DNA from: Octopus bimaculoides
Lineage: Eukaryota
Reading direction: 5' to 3'
Assembly: GCF_001194135.2 (NCBI RefSeq)
Contig: NC_068989.1
Location: 31,166,644 to 31,203,138, forward strand
DNA: 36,495 nt
The position numbers were made by a program, and so were the translations under genes. Below the pieces are notes generated by a model. That model did no database searches. It worked only from the letters and a program-made list of their open reading frames with translations, and was not told where the DNA came from. Shown in pieces: positions 11,971-23,320 of the stretch (its first letter is position 1; every line of letters starts with the position of its first letter).

Positions 11971-12305
11971 AACCTGCGTGCGTGTATGTGAGTGTGTGTC
12001 ACTGAAGCCATTCATACATATATACATATTAATAAATAAACTGAATGAAAAATTTCAGTTATCTCTCTCTCTTTCTTTCTTTCTCTCTCTCTCTCTCTCT
12101 CATATACACATACACCATCAACATTACTCTCTCTGTCGCACATACCCCATCAGACATACACACTCACACACACACAGACATACACACGCACATCAATTCT
12201 CCCCTNNNNNNNNNNNNNNNNNNNNNNNNNNNNNNNNNNNNNNNNNNNNNNNNNNNNNNNNNNNNNNNNNNNNNNNNNNNNNNNNNNNNNNNNNNNNNNN
12301 NNNNN

Positions 12306-13830
12306 TGTGTGTGAGTGTATGAGTGTGTATATGTCTCACAGTGTGTGTGTCTTTCTGCGGTAGGTATGTTATTAAACACACTATATGTATGTGAGGTCTG
12401 GTTAACCATGACAACCATGTCAGATTTTGTATATGACTGTATATCTGTGTGAATGTATGTGTGTGAGTGTATGAGTGTGTATATGTCTCACAGTGTGTGT
12501 CTTTCTGCATTAAATACATTATTAAACACACTATATGTTTCACTTTTATACTTTTACTTTTAATTCTAACCATGACAACAATAACGACATCACATTTTGT
12601 ATATGACTGTATCTCTCTGTGAATGTATGTGTGTGAGTGTATGAGTGTGTATATGTCTCACAGTGTGCATGTCTTTCCATGTTAGGTATGTTATTAAACA
12701 CACTATATGTATGTCAGGGCTGGTCAGTGTCAATACGAAGTTTTATTTTAATTTTCATTAAAACAATATAACATTTCATAGAGATAATATTTCTATTTAC
12801 AGAGATGTACTTGCATAGCAAGTGACTTCATCTGAGATCATGTGCTTGGAACATATATATGTACAACCTCTGACGGAGTAACAGTTATATACACAACTTG
12901 AACACACAAACATATCAATACATAAACCTACATTTACATGTACATACACATACAGACATGTCTACGCACTTTCATACATACTCACATACTTACATACATG
13001 AATACACACACATTTACATACATGAATACACACACACTTACATAAAATAATTACATATATATCATGAACTAATTGTTACTTTCTCAAATGCAACACAAAG
13101 TTTTGTTAGTGAACAGGTATGTATGTAAGTGTATGAGTGTGTGTGTGTCTCATAGCATGTGTGTGTCTTTCCATGTTAGGTACATTATTAAACACACTCA
13201 TCTACACATGTAATGACTGACAACAATGACAATGTCACATTTAATATATGACTGTGTATCTGTCTGAATGTGTGTATAAGTGTGTATATCTCTCACAGTG
13301 TGTGTGTGTCTTTCTGTGGTTAGCTATGTTATTAAACGCACTATATGTATGTGAGGGCTGGTCAGTGTCAATACAAAATTTTATTTCCATTTCCATTATT
13401 TTCATATTGATTAAAAAAATATATTTCATAGAGATAATCTTTCTATTGTCAACAGGACATTTTATACATTGATGACAACGACATCACATTTTGTATATGA
13501 CTGTGTATCTGTCTGTGAGTGTATGTGTGTAAGTGTATGAGTGTATATATATCTCATAGTTTGCGTGTCTTTCCATGTTAGGTATGCTATTAAACATACA
13601 CACATCTACACAAACATATTCATAATTAACAACTGACATGCATGCATGTATGTCTCTGTGTGGCTATCTTAGTATATGTATGTGAGTGTATGTCAGGAAT
13701 ATTTTATATGATGATGACGTCACATTTTGTATATTAGTGTATATCTGTCTGTGAGTGTGTGTGTACATTATTAAACCAACCACACACATCTACTCATACA
13801 TATACGCATGTGACAACTGACATGCTTGAA
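12306..13830. repeat. Diverged minisatellite-like array of ~150-190 bp GT-rich units, interrupted
   Basis: Recurring blocks gtgtatgagtgtgtatatgtctcacag / gttattaaacacactatatgt / cacattttgtatatgactgt, about 7 times. Confidence 0.8.
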
Positions 13831-14705
13831 TGTATGAGTTCTAGAGGTGAAACTCTTGAAAAACAAAAATAGTGTGGTAAGATCCAAAGTATATATAAAA
13901 ATATACATTTGCTGTTCCATTACCAGTTAATAGTTATCGCAGTAGTTACAAGGTTGCAAGGATTTACAATTACATATTTACTCTTACATTAAGAAATTTA
14001 TTCTTCATATATATANNNNNNNNNNNNNNNNNNNNNNNNNNNNNNNNNNNNNNNNNNNNNNNNNNNNNNTATATATATATATATATATATAATTTTCTGT
14101 CTCTCTGTATTAATTATTGTGGAATTTAGCGTTAGATTAGCAGTTCCATATATGTGCTTCTATTTTGTTCATTTGCTTATATTTCATTAATTTACACTGC
14201 ATGCAAAAATACAGACATACTATATACATACCATGCGGTAAGCCATTATACCTTATGTTTTCAATAATTCATTACTACATATTCTCATGTGACTGCTCAC
14301 TTTATGTTTCTTATTCTACAGCCACACCAGCAATCCAATGTCAACCCATCACCTTCTGCAACATTTCAACAGTTCACTTCCCCATTGCCATCTCCCATTG
14401 CAGCCCATTTCCAGAATGTACCCATTTATGTACGATATCTCCATTACACCTCCATTCATTTGACTGTCAACCATATGATGTTAGATACAATGCTGATCAC
14501 CTCAAAGGCGAATATATCCACTGACAGCTTTTCAGTGGGTTAAAAAATTACATACCCCACCACTCCCAATTTTCCATGATAGGTTAGGGCATGGAATCCT
14601 TCAAACATATTACATGTTGTTTAGTTGAATTAGATGATCATTTACTCCAGAAATGTTTTGTTGCTAATGCTGCACTTTCCTGTATCACCTGTATCAACAT
14701 AACTG

Positions 14706-14740
<35 letters not shown>

Positions 14741-14789
14741 AACTATACCATTTTAATCCTGAGCAACACTGGGTATCTCTGCTAGTTTT

Positions 14790-15500
14790 TTTTTAATAAA
14801 AGCTATAATATATGGTTTATTGTTTCTTTTGCAAGGCAAATAAAAGCTAATTTAGTTAAATCTTTTTACAGATTTATATCTAAGTATTTTAATAGAAAGA
14901 ATAGATATAAAGAAATTATTAATAATAAAATGGTAAGAATTGATTTTTCAGTATCTAAAAATGTCTTCAGAATTATCTCTTTGATTAATAACAAAAAATT
15001 GGATATTTTGTATGAAAATAGAAATGCTAATGAATCTATTAACTCTAATAATGGACCTAATAGTAATTTTGATAGAACTAAAAGTTGTGATTGTAGATTT
15101 GAAGATAAATCTTATTTTAATATTTATGTATGCAAAATAACCTAGTATATAGATGTAGGTTAGAATCTGAAGGGACTAATTATTTTTATACTGGATCAAC
15201 TGAAAATTTTATTAAGCAACATATCGCAAATCACAAATGTACTGTTAGGAACAAGGATAAGTTAAGTAGTACGAGTTTAAGTAAATTTATATGGAAGTCG
15301 AATTTATGTATATAAATTATATAACCTTAAATGGCAAATGCTTAAGTCATGGTAGATCTTATAAAATTGCTGATAATCACTGTAATCTATGTGTTGAAGA
15401 AATCTATCAAATTTTAACATCAAAAAAGAAGCTTCTTCTTAATGATATGCAGGAATGTGTTTTATCTTGTAAGCACTCTTCGAAATGTGCTTAGAAAATA
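14790..15500 (+). mobile_element. Penelope-like element 3' fragment (GIY-YIG), distinct AT-rich subfamily
   Basis: KMVRIDFSVSKNV, SCDCR, CMQNNLVYRC...YFYTGSTENFIKQHIANH...STSLSKFIWK, and CNLCVEEIYQI...LLN..ECVLSCKH across frameshifts. Confidence 0.8.
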
Positions 15501-15589
15501 TTAAATTGATTGTATAAGGTGTATATTATGTTATATTATTTAATATATTATAGTATAATATAATATAAATTAATATTGATAAATGAATG

Positions 15590-15622
<33 letters not shown>

Positions 15623-15841
15623 TAGATAGATAGATAGATAGATATATATATNNNNNNNNNNNNNNNNNNNNNNNNNNNNNNNNNNNNNNNNNNNNNNNNN
15701 NNNNNNNNNNNNNNNNNNNNNATTATGATGTTTTGTTTATTAATGATATTTTATTAAATGATATAATATTAAAGATTAATTGATCCAAATAAATAATAAA
15801 GTAGGCAGATTTTCTTCTACACTATTTTCATTTATATAATA

Positions 15842-16900
15842 CTAGCAGCTAAGCCCGGTTTCACCCGGTCTGTTTGGATGATGTGGCTGTGATCTTTTTC
15901 GGTTAGGCATAATCTATAACAGCGTTTCTCAACCTTATCATTTCGGGTCCCCTGTTTCGATTGGAGCCTCCAGCTGTATGAAAATTTCCTGGCTCCCCCA
16001 CTTGTCAGAAAACAGCTTCAGGAGTTGTGAAGAACAAATTTGTATGTAGTCTGTTTCTGAGAGCTATTCTATTGGACCTCTGTCTAATCATTAAAACATT
16101 GATTTAATTATGAACATAGAAAGAAATTATACGTTAATCCCTATTTTTGTAAGCAGTTGTATCCGTAAAAGTTTTATTTGCAGAAAGCAGAAATTGAAAG
16201 AAGATATATGAAATGGACATGTGTGTGTGTGCATGCATGCATGCTTGCTCATGTATATGCTAGAGAGAAAGAGTGAGTGAGTGAAGGTGTGTGTCGTGAT
16301 AATTGCCGTCTTTTAAGGTACACATACATACATAGAAAATGTCATTGTATAAAATGTTTACGATAGTTGATTTATAGAAAAGATAATGTTAAATTTTTGA
16401 AATGCAAATATATGAATGAAAATGAAGTTTAGACCTCTACATGGTAGCTAGACCTGGTAGAAATAGCAGCCAAATCTCTCTCAAAACACCCTACTGTCTT
16501 AATCCGACAATTCTGCCTATTATGTAGTTTGAATGAGAAACTGTAAGTAAAGATTAAGATTATTAACCCCATAAAGAGGTGAAAGAAGAGAGACAACATA
16601 GCAAAAGTTTTGGCTGACTGTCATCCTGTACTCCCCTTGTTGCTAGCGAAATGGTATATGCCAGCTGTGTGAGCCAGTTGTTTTAATGGCAGAACAAACA
16701 GGAGAATTCCATTAGAAAAAGTTTTAATCGATTTTCTCGGTAACTATGGGGGCTAGGAAAAAAATACAAACCGCATTCTAATCTATGCACCCGTTCCCAC
16801 ATGTGTGCCATTTTTCACGCGAATCTACCCAGCCGTTTGGCTGTGAACCTCAAGACAAGAAAGAATACGATGATTGCCCATGTCCAATTTATATTATAGA
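15842..16900 (-). mobile_element. Non-autonomous Helitron (~1.06 kb)
   Basis: The - strand starts A|TCTATAATATAAA (16901/16900) and ends ...ccgggtgaaaccgggcttagctgCTAG|T (15842/15841): TC start, CTAG end, GC-rich short palindrome before the end, and an AT target site. Confidence 0.7.
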
Positions 16901-17114
16901 TTATGATATAAATCTATATAAGCTATGATTATTTAGATTAAATATATAGGTTTTAATTGGAAGTAATAAAAAATTATATATTAATTTATATATTATATTG
17001 ATTTATATATATGTAGGTGAATATATATGAGTAAATATATGTATATATTTGCATTTATTTATATATTATAAAATAAGTAAACATAATACTTCGTAAATTA
17101 TTAATTAATTAGAG

Positions 17115-17186
17115 AACAATTGCAGTGTGGAAGGTGTTTATAAGCCATTTAAATGGCTTATAAACACCTTCCATGCTGCAATTGTT
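17115..17186. repeat. 72-bp loopless palindrome (36-bp arms)
   Basis: aacaattgcagTGtggaaggtgtttataagccattt|aaatggcttataaacaccttccaTGctgcaattgtt; only 2 mismatched pairs. The right arm continues into a repeat whose reverse complement occurs at ~12799-12856. Confidence 0.95.
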
Positions 17187-17699
17187 TTTCTTCTAGCACA
17201 CGATCTCAGTTCAGGTCGTTTTGCTATGCAAGTACATCACCGAAATAATTAGGGAACGTAATTTAATAAATAAGTTAATAAAGGAAATAAATGAATAAAA
17301 TTAAATAAATAAATTATATTCTAATGAAATTATAATACGATAATTGATGACATAAACACAAGATTCTTGTATCGTTTACCTATCTTGATCACGTAATACG
17401 CATTTTTGATATAATGGATTTTTAAAACAGTAATTTATCTGGATTAACTTGATTGTAAGTTTAAATTAATAATTATATTTATTGTAGTTTCATATATTAC
17501 TAATAAAATATAATGTAATTTAATGGTATTAGGTATAAATTTTATATTATCTTAAACGCATTTAACTTTGAAAAAAAAAAAAAATAGAATAATATATGAT
17601 TTGGTACATATTGAATAAATTGATCGTAAAGCTTATTGCATTTATATAAACAGATTTGCCATTAGCTTATAACTAGTAAATAACAGTTTTTTTTTTTTA

Positions 17700-18245
17700 A
17701 ATAATATCTTTAGTAAATTTTATTAGAATAATATGTAATTTACAGGTCTTCCATTTTTTTTCAAATGTATGAATACACAAAAATAATATAAAAACATAAA
17801 TTTGAGTTCATTCTCCTCTGAATAAATACATAACTTTTTATTAGATTATTTAATATTATTCTACGTACACATTAGTACAAATAAATAATAATTAAAGTGG
17901 AATTTATAATATTGTTTAATGTAGGCATGGTAAGGATTAAGGATATTTTTCTGAATAAATTTTTATGTAAATAGTAATAATGGGGTTTCTTTATAAAGAT
18001 ATTTAGTAAATTACTATTATAATAATATGTTTTGTGGTTCTATTTCTTTCAAACATATAGATACTTAGACATAATACATTTACATGAGTTTATTTCCTTT
18101 TTTAAAAAAACTCAGTAACTTTTGATTGAATTCTTCATGTACACATTAGTACAGATAGTAAATAATGACTATAACATAAATTATAAAAGTAATTATAATA
18201 TTATTTATTGTCGACGTGGTTGGGACAAAAGATATTTTTCTGAGA
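17700..18245. repeat. Old AT-rich tandem duplication, period ~275-290 bp
   Basis: Shared anchors tttagtaaatt, gtacacattagtaca (17865 and 18139) and gatatttttctga, in the same order. Confidence 0.55.
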
Positions 18246-18615
18246 AAATTATTTTTGTGTATGGTGTAACTTTCTTAATAGTATAGAACTGAAAGTCAAT
18301 ATTTACTGTTTTACAATAGATTAATAATGAATTGTTTCTGTTTTGAAATACTAACATGCAGAAATATACTTAAATACACACACACATATTTTATAACCAT
18401 TATATTAGTATTTACTTAATTTAATTTCTTTTTAAAATTTCATTATTCACAAATGCAAACATATATTGATTCACAAATGCAAACATATATTGATTCAGTC
18501 TGTTTTACAATTTCAAATGTGATTTTCATCTGGTTTACCCTGATGAGATTCTTACTCAAAATATTTACATAATATGAATTTGTTGTTGGTTTCTGAGTTT
18601 AAACTGAAACAATTC

Positions 18616-18785
18616 TAAATCATTTATATCGCCATATAACCAACATATGTTTTGATAGATGCATTAAAATAAATCCGAGAGGATGAATAATGTGGAACAA
18701 TGCATCAATCTCATCAGGGAGGATATAAACGACAGTGTGTGTATCAATAAGTCATTTTAACAGATGTAAGAAACTACAATATATG
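18616..18785 (-). repeat. 170-bp repeat carrying a decayed hammerhead motif (copy 2)
   Basis: The - strand reads atatcctcc CTGATGA gattgatgcatt...aatgcatctatc AAAA catatg TT ggttatat (18727 to 18634); GAAA reads AAAA and the cleavage triplet reads GTT. Confidence 0.8.
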
Positions 18786-19039
18786 AGTGTTTGTCTCCAT
18801 TTTCCATTATTCTTATGTTCTCCAAAACACATCTCACTTCTCCCTGGTATTAACTCTCACGCAAGCATGATCACTAATTCTTACGGTGCTTAAGTGACAT
18901 CTGGCTACCTTGTAATTGTTCATTTGGATCTTCCCTATAAATAGAACATTCATATGTATGTGTTTATATATATATATATATAAAATATATATATATGTAT
19001 GTATGTGTGTGTATATTTATATATATATATATATATATA

Positions 19040-19484
19040 AAGTAGTTGTATACTGTCAACTTAATGTGACAGTCCTAATAAGGGAATATACTACTGCTAT
19101 TTAGCCCTAGGAAGCTGGACCGTTTCCTATTAGGCCTTGACACATTTCCTGTGTCCTTATCTTTGCGAGGGGGAGACAAACTCCTCCACCCAGCTTAGCC
19201 TGCATTCAGGGACATGTTTCTGAGTTTTTGCTCATCATCAGCCTGAAGTAGCAAGACTAGCTGGCTGAAGAAGTTTGTCAAGCTTTCGCAAACATATACT
19301 ATTTCAGTGAAACACATTCAATGATTACAAAAATTAGAAATAATACATTTCTGAAGCGGTCCAGCTTCCTAGCAGCAGTATATTCCCTTATTGGGACTGT
19401 CACGTTAAGTTGACAGTATACAACTACTTAATCGCATCACTACTGTTTAAGTCTCTCTCAGAGATTTAGAAATGTATTATTTCT

Positions 19485-19486
<2 letters not shown>
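19040..19486. mobile_element. Non-coding hammerhead-bearing element with internal inversion (retrozyme-like or PLE pseudo-LTR derivative)
   Basis: 19040-19126 is the reverse complement of 19353-19429 (with a 10-nt indel); 19334-19352 is the exact reverse complement of 19468-19486; both ends abut (AT)n. Confidence 0.75.
19205..19247 (-). ncRNA. Minimal type I hammerhead ribozyme, intact core
   Basis: The - strand reads ttcagg CTGATGA tgag caaaaa ctca GAAA catg TC cctgaa: 6-bp stem I, 4-bp stem II, palindromic ACATGT stem III and a GUC cleavage triplet. Confidence 0.85.
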
Positions 19487-19529
<43 letters not shown>

Positions 19530-19835
19530 GAAAAGATCCAATATAAGGAAACAAGAGATACATAAGCAAAATGGTATGATTACAACCATATTCAACTTTT
19601 CCTTTTTCTTCTCTAGGCTCTTCTTTTTTATTTATTTTTCACTCTGATGAAGATCCATGTTTCAGATCGGTTTTCTTACCAAATATGATAAATATTTTTA
19701 GCATAACAATGGCAAAACCATACAACATTGGAAGCAAAAACAGCTATTAGATGGGATGCAGTCTATTTGTATTGAATTAATAAATAATAATTGATGTAAG
19801 TCAATTGTCGTTCATCAATATTTCTGCATCAATAT

Positions 19836-20540
19836 TTCTATAAAGAACTATGTTACTACATTTTAACCCCAGGAAAATGTCTTTTTCAGCTGCTTAATGA
19901 CACACAACCTGTGTCCAATACATTGTGAGTAAAGGAGCAAATCACTTCACTCCAGCTTGGCAAGACCAGTAGAACATGGTTTCTGGGTCTTTACCCTTCA
20001 TCTGGATATCTACCTACTAGAGATGGCAGTCAATTGTCTCGTGGCAGACAGCTGCTGATCTTGTAACGAACAAAATAGATAGTTTGAAATTCTCTAAAGG
20101 GGATATAAGTGGTAATGATACTAGACAATAATGCCTTTTGTCACTATAACATTGCTGTTCTATAAAGAACTATGTTACTATATTTTAACTCCAGGAAATG
20201 TCTCTTCCATCTGGTTAACGACTCACAACCTGTATCTGATATATTGTAAGGGAGCAAATCACTCCCCTCCAGCTTGGCATGACCAGTAAACCATTGTTTC
20301 TGGGTCTTTACATTTCATGGGTAATCGATACCTACCTGCTAGAGATGGCAGTCAATTGTCCCTACTCACAATATACAAACAGAGAAGTGGCAGACAGCTG
20401 ATGATCTCATAACGAGCACAGTAGCTAGTTCTGAAATCTCTAAATGAGGTATAGGTAGTAACAATACTAGACAGTTAGGTTATATATACCACTGTGATAT
20501 GACTATTCTATAAAGAACAATGTTACTACATTTTAACCCC
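19836..20540 (+). repeat. Tandem array of ~322/348-bp units (2 full + start of a third)
   Basis: ttctataaagaac(t/a)atgttact starts at 19836, 20158 and 20506; the units align throughout. Confidence 0.9.
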
Positions 20541-20548
20541 ATATACAC

Positions 20549-20600
<52 letters not shown>

Positions 20601-20679
20601 ACACACACATGCGCTCACACACACATAAATGCAAAACAAGGTGGAAAAAAATAGTACTCAAATATCGAAGGTAGGGTAG

Positions 20680-21055
20680 TATGCTTTTTTTATTAAAGCT
20701 TCAAAAACATCACAAAAGAACTGCTACTCAGCGTTTCACATTCCCATTTGCCGGGCAGTTGTGACCAAGAGTGGAATAAAATTGTGATGGTAAATGTCAT
20801 ATATAATTTGATATGATTCAATTTGACAAATAATCAAATAACAACTTAGCCCTTGCTGGAACTGACTATACCGATAAAATCAAATATATTTCGTTTTTGG
20901 ATTTGGTTTGCAAGATTCTTTATGTGTGTTGAAAAGGTTGCAAGACGCAATGAAAATTTTGGAAAAAGAAAAAAGAAATAAGTGGAAATTTTACCAGTGA
21001 GTGTGTTAAATTATAAGGCATCAAAATAGAATGACTCACCCCATACACAACAGAA
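20680..21055 (+). repeat. Second copy of the unclassified repeat at 3010-3965
   Basis: Same two blocks, separated by only ~95 bp. Confidence 0.7.
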
Positions 21056-21467
21056 TCAAATGTACTCTTAACTAGCTTAAAAGCGGCACTCCGTGCGGAC
21101 TCATAAGCTGGTTCTTGCAGAGGGCTAATTGGGCCTGCAGCCCAAAATTAATGACTATTAGACAAATGAGTTAATTCTGTAATGCAATCACTTTATTGTT
21201 CCAGTCCCAAGTTGAATTCCAGCTGTTGGCTAATTTGTCCGTAAGTTCTTATCTCAACATAAAATTAATGAAGTGAATGTCATTTATCTCCCCCATGATC
21301 TCTGACATCATCTGACAAACACCAACCAAGATGGTGTGAATTAGCCAAGCTTTACCTTTCAAATCAGATCCTAATACTGAATGTTCAAGAACCAAATGAA
21401 GGGCAGATTTTCAATCCCGGGATCATCCTAATTCCAAAAAGGTATATGTTTATGATCATATACTAGT

Positions 21468-21632
21468 CAATTACATGGTCCCTAGTGTTCAGCTGGTACT
21501 TAATATATCGACCCCGAAAGGATGAAAGGCAAAGTTGACTTCGGTGGATTTTGAACTCAGAACATAGCTACGGCCGAAATTCCACTAAGCATATCATCCA
21601 GTGTACTAATTATTCTGCTGCCTCACTGCCTT
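21468..21632 (-). mobile_element. tRNA-derived SINE, family 2 (3'-truncated, decayed)
   Basis: Shares tcgaccccgaaaggatgaaag, tttgaactcagaa and gaaattccactaagc with 8695-8926. Confidence 0.8.
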
Positions 21633-21760
21633 AATAATAACAACAACAACAAAAACAATAATAATAACATTGATAATAATGGTAATCATAATAAAAATTA
21701 TAAAAATTATCACGGTATAAATAATATTATTAACAATAACAACAACAATAATAATAATAA

Positions 21761-22393
21761 ATGCCCTGATGCAGTAGATCTCAATGCCCTGATGCAGTAC
21801 CATGCAGTAGCTCTCTATGCCCTGATGTAGTGTCAGGCAGTAGTTCTCATGGCTTCTGATCTTAACTGATTGGAAGTGTTATCATGTACATTGTTTTGTC
21901 TTGGTATAAAAGATGAGCTACAGCAAATATTCTGTTCAATACCACAGATTTGCTTGTCAGTTGCTTGACCTTAACCAGTTGAGCATGTCCCTTAGTGGCT
22001 GATATGTGCATCTCTGATCACAAGCAGAAGTATTGTGGGGAGACATCATAACCATGTGTTGAGAGGAATTCTTTGGGGTTTGAATAATTCACCGTTGGAA
22101 ACATGTTTTGTTCATCATCCTTAAACAACCTGTGTATTCAGAGACCTTTTGAGCAGGATGGGCTACTCGATCTGGTGAAAATTCTAACTGGGCCCCACCT
22201 GCAAGGTCATGCGCTGTTTATCTTGATATGAGATCACTATGTTGTGTACATATGGTTGTGGTGCATATGCCTGATGTAGTACCCTCATCAGACGGGTAGT
22301 CATGATGGGTATACTGGGCTTCGTATATTTTACTCCAGTGTCACTTTGATGGCATGCACTGCTCTCTCACTCAATAATAATAATAATAATAAT
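21761..22393 (+). mobile_element. Non-coding retroposed repeat with (AAT)n tail and triplicated 5' end
   Basis: Homologous to 5806-6366 (inverted); atgccctgatg(c/t)agt occurs three times at the 5' end; ends ctctctcactc(aat)n. Confidence 0.8.
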
Positions 22394-22499
22394 GGTGCTG
22401 ATGATGATGATAGAAAGAAAAGTCAAAGAATGATATAAAAGACAAAGAAAAAGTATCTGTGGCAATTGAGAAAAATATTGCATTCTAAGTTGAATGCCA

Positions 22500-23320
22500 G
22501 AAACATAATTTCAGCAATAAGCTCTCATGCAGTTGCAGTAGTTTGATTTGGTGCTGGAATTCTGAAGTGGACAGGAAGATAAGAAAGTTCCTAGCAATGC
22601 ATGGAGCCCATCATCTATATGCAGACACTGATCACCTATACACAAAGAGAGCAAATGGAAGAAGGAGACTGATGAGTGTGGAAGACTGTGTGCATATCGA
22701 ACTTGGGATCCCAAAGTGAAAAAAACTTGCTAGTGGCAGTTAGTGATAAAGACATTTTGAAAGCAGGGAAAAAGAAAACAACAAAGCAAGTACTACAAGA
22801 AAGACATGAAAAAGCACTATACTAAAAGGGACTATACAATCAATACCATGTAACCACAACTGAAGTTGCTGGAGCACATAGGCAGGGCTGGTTGAAGAAT
22901 GGAACTCTGAAAGATACTGGCAGTGCAAGACCAAGCTTTAGCCACAAATTGGAGGGTCAGCCTTAGAAATGAGCAAGTGTCCCCACTGTGCCAAATCTAT
23001 AATAAAGTTGACAAAACCATTGGCCTTATTGTGATTGAATGCCCTCAATTTGCCCAAGGTCAATATAAATTGCGGCAACACAATGAGGTAATGAGAGTGC
23101 TACATTGAAAAGTGCATGAAAAGTGGGGCTAAAGAGAGGCTAGATGTGGCATGAGCACAAAGCACAGAGAGTGGCATAATCAGAGACCTACAAAATCCTG
23201 TGGGATTTGAGCTCACCAAGCTGGACCTAATGGTGGTGGATAAGGTGAACTTCATGTATACTATAATTGATGTTGCATGCCCCTTTGACCTATGAATAGT
23301 CAAGAAGGGAGGTAAAAAAT
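22500..23320 (+). mobile_element. R4/Dong-clade LINE 3' fragment (post-RT region, zinc knuckle, restriction-like endonuclease), pseudogenised
   Basis: DRKIRKFLAMHGAHH.YADTDHLY..R..GRR.LMSVEDCV; QDQALATN...PLCQIYNKVDKTIGLIVIECPQFAQ.QYK...HNEV..VLH; KLDLMVVDKVN..TIIDVACPFD. Confidence 0.8.

Noticed and set aside
12306-13830. Repeat-spacer-like periodicity
   Set aside because: Units are degenerate along their whole length with no unique spacers, the context is eukaryotic and there are no cas genes; not CRISPR.
14488-14523. caatg CTGATCA cctcaaaggc GAAT atatc cactg, hammerhead-like
   Set aside because: Needs at least three corrections to be canonical and has no second copy for support.
18532-18621. 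+ strand CTGATGA...GAAA facing the - strand HHR (would suggest a both-polarity ribozyme pair)
   Set aside because: Stem II pairs only about 8/12 and stems I and III cannot be closed without assuming deletions; a few chance CTGATGA hits are expected in 36 kb.
19640-19680. ctctgatgaagatcc...gatc, hammerhead 5' half
   Set aside because: No GAAA and no stem I partner follow.
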